From NCBI RefSeq assembly GCF_001194135.2, contig NC_069001.1, positions 32,679,539-32,743,538 on the forward strand: a stretch of 64,000 nt of DNA, written 5' to 3'. Shown one piece after another: positions 61,507 to 64,000 of this stretch. Numbering within the stretch: the stretch's first letter is position 1; each line of letters opens with the position of its first letter. Below the pieces are notes generated by a model that saw only the letters and a list, made by a program, of their open reading frames with translations, was not told the DNA's origin and did no database searches. The DNA comes from Octopus bimaculoides (Eukaryota). Made by a program: the position numbers and the translations under genes.

Positions 61507-63025
61507 CCACGCAGTATCTGCCTCCCAAATCAACTCAGAAGGCTTTGGTTGGCCTGGAGCTATAGAAGACACTTACCCAAGATACCACATGGGACTGAAC
61601 TCAAGACTGCATGATTAGGAAGCAAGCTTCTTAACCACACAGTCACATCAAATCCTTGATGCTCACCGAGGCATTGAATTTTGTTGTTTTCTTCCCACAA
61701 GTGCGCAGTATTTAAAGCATTGGGAGTTATCAATGATTTACTGGAAATTATGACATTCATGCATTTCCCAAGAGCATTAGTAACATATAATAGAAATACA
61801 ATAGCCAAAATAATTACAACTGGGAATTAAAACTGTTGTTGTTGCTAAGTTGACCCACAAACAGCTTTATTGACTATGTCTGTGTCATTTACCATTTATA
61901 AATATTAAATTTCCTTCAAAATTTCTCGTCATCTTCTAGCTACCCAACCAATTTCATGAAAACAACCTTGTTTCTTCATCTGCTGTCAACATTAAATGTT
62001 TTACTAGTGAAAGGTTAGAAATATAAAAGCATGAAGTCTGTTGGATTAGATTGAAATCAAGCAAAATCAAAATAGATTTATTGCCATTTAGTCTTTTAGC
62101 ATTTAAACTGGCCATTTAAATATTCCACGTGTTTTACGTTCAAACTGACCAAATTCAGCCTCTCACACCTACCATAAAATGTCATTCTAAAGATATACAA
62201 TCAAACAATTGAGATCTAGAAGCAGTGAGGTAATGCATGATTAATTCAAACTAATTTGAATAAATAAGTATGCTTCACAGAATAAAAGAGTTGAAAGTGA
62301 TTGTTGTGGTAATAATATTGCTTCTGTCACAGTTAATTATTTTTTAATAAGCCCACTGGCTATTTATGACTCCAGTGCCTAATCAGGCTTTGAGATTCTA
62401 TGTATATTGTTATCTCTAGCTTTCGGGTGTCTACCACTGACAAGGACAAGGAAGGCTGAAATCACGTGATCTGGTAGGCTTGGAAGTGATGGCAGGTGAT
62501 TATCTCTCAGTAGTAATGTAAGCACGAGTGCTTATATGCACCACAAGTTCATATGAGAATCTCTCTCATGGTAAATAACACAGCATCCACTTTTAGGTGG
62601 GGATAAATATTACTTTTTGGTATTAATACTGCTTCTGTCACTGTTGATTATAAATTAGATTTCTTTCTAGAAATATTAACTTTTTTTTCGTTTTTACGAT
62701 AATGTTTCTTGCTGATGGTTTTGTTAATATTGGTTACATTTGCAATGAGCAGCCATGAAGGAATGACACTGGTAAGCAAAATGAAGTGTCATTGTTGCTT
62801 GATTCCAGTCAACATTGATCGAGTTGGCCCATGATCAAAAGCATTCTAGCCATGACCATCTCAACATTTTAGAAGTATGTTGGACTATATTAACCAATGT
62901 GTCCTTTGTTTATTTAAGATGTTGGGGTGTGATGGGAGATTTGGCTGCAAGTTCCTACAGGATCAGTGACCACACAGAGGCTTCTTTGATGACACAGAAG
63001 TAAAGTGATTTGTCATGTATTAATT

Positions 63026-63250
63026 AGTCAGTATCTATCAATCAAATGTCAGTATCAATCAATAGTCAGTTTCTTTCAATCAAAAAAGTCAGTATCAATC
63101 AAATGTCAGTGACTGTCAGTGGTCAGTATCTATCAATCAAAAGTTAGTATCAATCAGTATCTATCGATTACAAGTTGATATCAGCCAATGGTTAGTATCT
63201 ATCTGTCGAAAGTCAGTATCAATCAATGGTCAGTTTCTATCACAGTATCT
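63026..63250. repeat. Degenerate 18-22-bp minisatellite (gtcagtatc[tatc]aatcaa) in an MCRS1 intron
   Basis: About ten variant units read directly. Confidence 0.88.
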
Positions 63251-63550
63251 ACCCTAAGTCTCTCTCTCTCACAAAAGTGTCTGTCTGGTGCCACATATAA
63301 GCACCCATGTGGTGCCATGTAAAAGCATCCCACACACTCTGTAAAGTGGTTGGAATTAGGAAGGGAATCCAGCTATAGAAACCATGCCAAATCAAACTGG
63401 AGTCTGATGCCCCCCCCCCCTCCAGCTTGCCAGCTCTAGTCATACCGCCCAACCCATGTCAGCATGCACAATAAACATTAAATGATGATGATTCTGCCTG
63501 CTCACCACTTTTTTCTAATTCCATTAATAACAACTGTTACACTGTTTCAG

Positions 63551-63660
63551 ACCAACGATTTACCTTCTGTTCACGTCGGTATTAAATTTTCCTGTAAATT
63601 CAATTTGAAAGAAATTCAAGAGCGGTGGTACGCTCTTCTTTACGACCCAATTATTTCAAA
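63551..63660 (+). CDS. MCRS1: MCRS1 exon (TNDLPSVHVGIKFSCKFNLKEIQERWYALLYDPIISK); gene continues beyond the window
   Basis: Near-identical to the MCRS1 'TNDLxxVHxGxKFSCxFxLxExQERWYALLYDP' motif; acceptor tttcag at 63550, donor AA|GTAAGT at 63661. Confidence 0.96.
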
Positions 63661-64000
63661 GTAAGTACCAGTTTCACTCATTATCTTTCATATATATTTG
63701 TTTTTTTTTCAAGCATTGATTTATTTTCATTGAAAAATTAATACAGTTAGAAATCTCTTTGATCTTGGCACCCATGGAATTAGACAAACACCAAATTAAT
63801 GAAAAATAACAGGAATTTTGGACCAGACAGTTACAAATATCTGGGACGTTTGGATACAGATATCCACATCACTAAATGGAGAATATTACTTAAAGGCAGA
63901 AATAATATAGGCACCAATAATACAAAAAAAGCAGTAATACTTTATTATGTTTTGAACAAAATTTCAAAGCTGTACATAGATTTGTTGATGTTGTCAAATA

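Overview
AT-rich, microsatellite- and SINE-rich eukaryotic scaffold with about ten N-gaps. The repeat families look like those of an octopus/coleoid cephalopod (inference from recognition, not a database hit). Two protein-coding genes lie head-to-head. (1) A chitin synthase on the minus strand, which I reconstructed by hand as 14 coding exons (26772 to 7132). All 13 introns are GT-AG and phase-compatible, giving a 4503-nt CDS (1500 aa + stop). The catalytic motifs are intact (LDGD, QKFEY, GEDRW, QRRRW, SWGTRE), and no myosin-motor exons are visible in the window. (2) The 5' part of MCRS1/MSP58 on the plus strand (4 coding exons from 56708 to 63660, continuing past the window end), with a probable non-coding first exon near 37.7-37.8 kb. 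The rest is tRNA-derived SINEs of several families, TTAA-flanked piggyBac-like MITEs, a hAT-like MITE, Tc1/mariner remnants, RTE LINE fragments and a scrambled Penelope-like element. The oddest observations are two hammerhead-ribozyme-like motifs just upstream of the MCRS1 start exon, a 21-nt copy of a chitin synthase exon inside a 56-bp inverted repeat in the adjacent intron, perfect intronic palindromes, a ~42-bp dyad-repeat array, and several features of the chitin synthase itself (overlapping uORF, C-terminal ETSL, Val at the benzoylurea-resistance position). I found no clear evidence of a wholly new biological system; the findings are leads to test.
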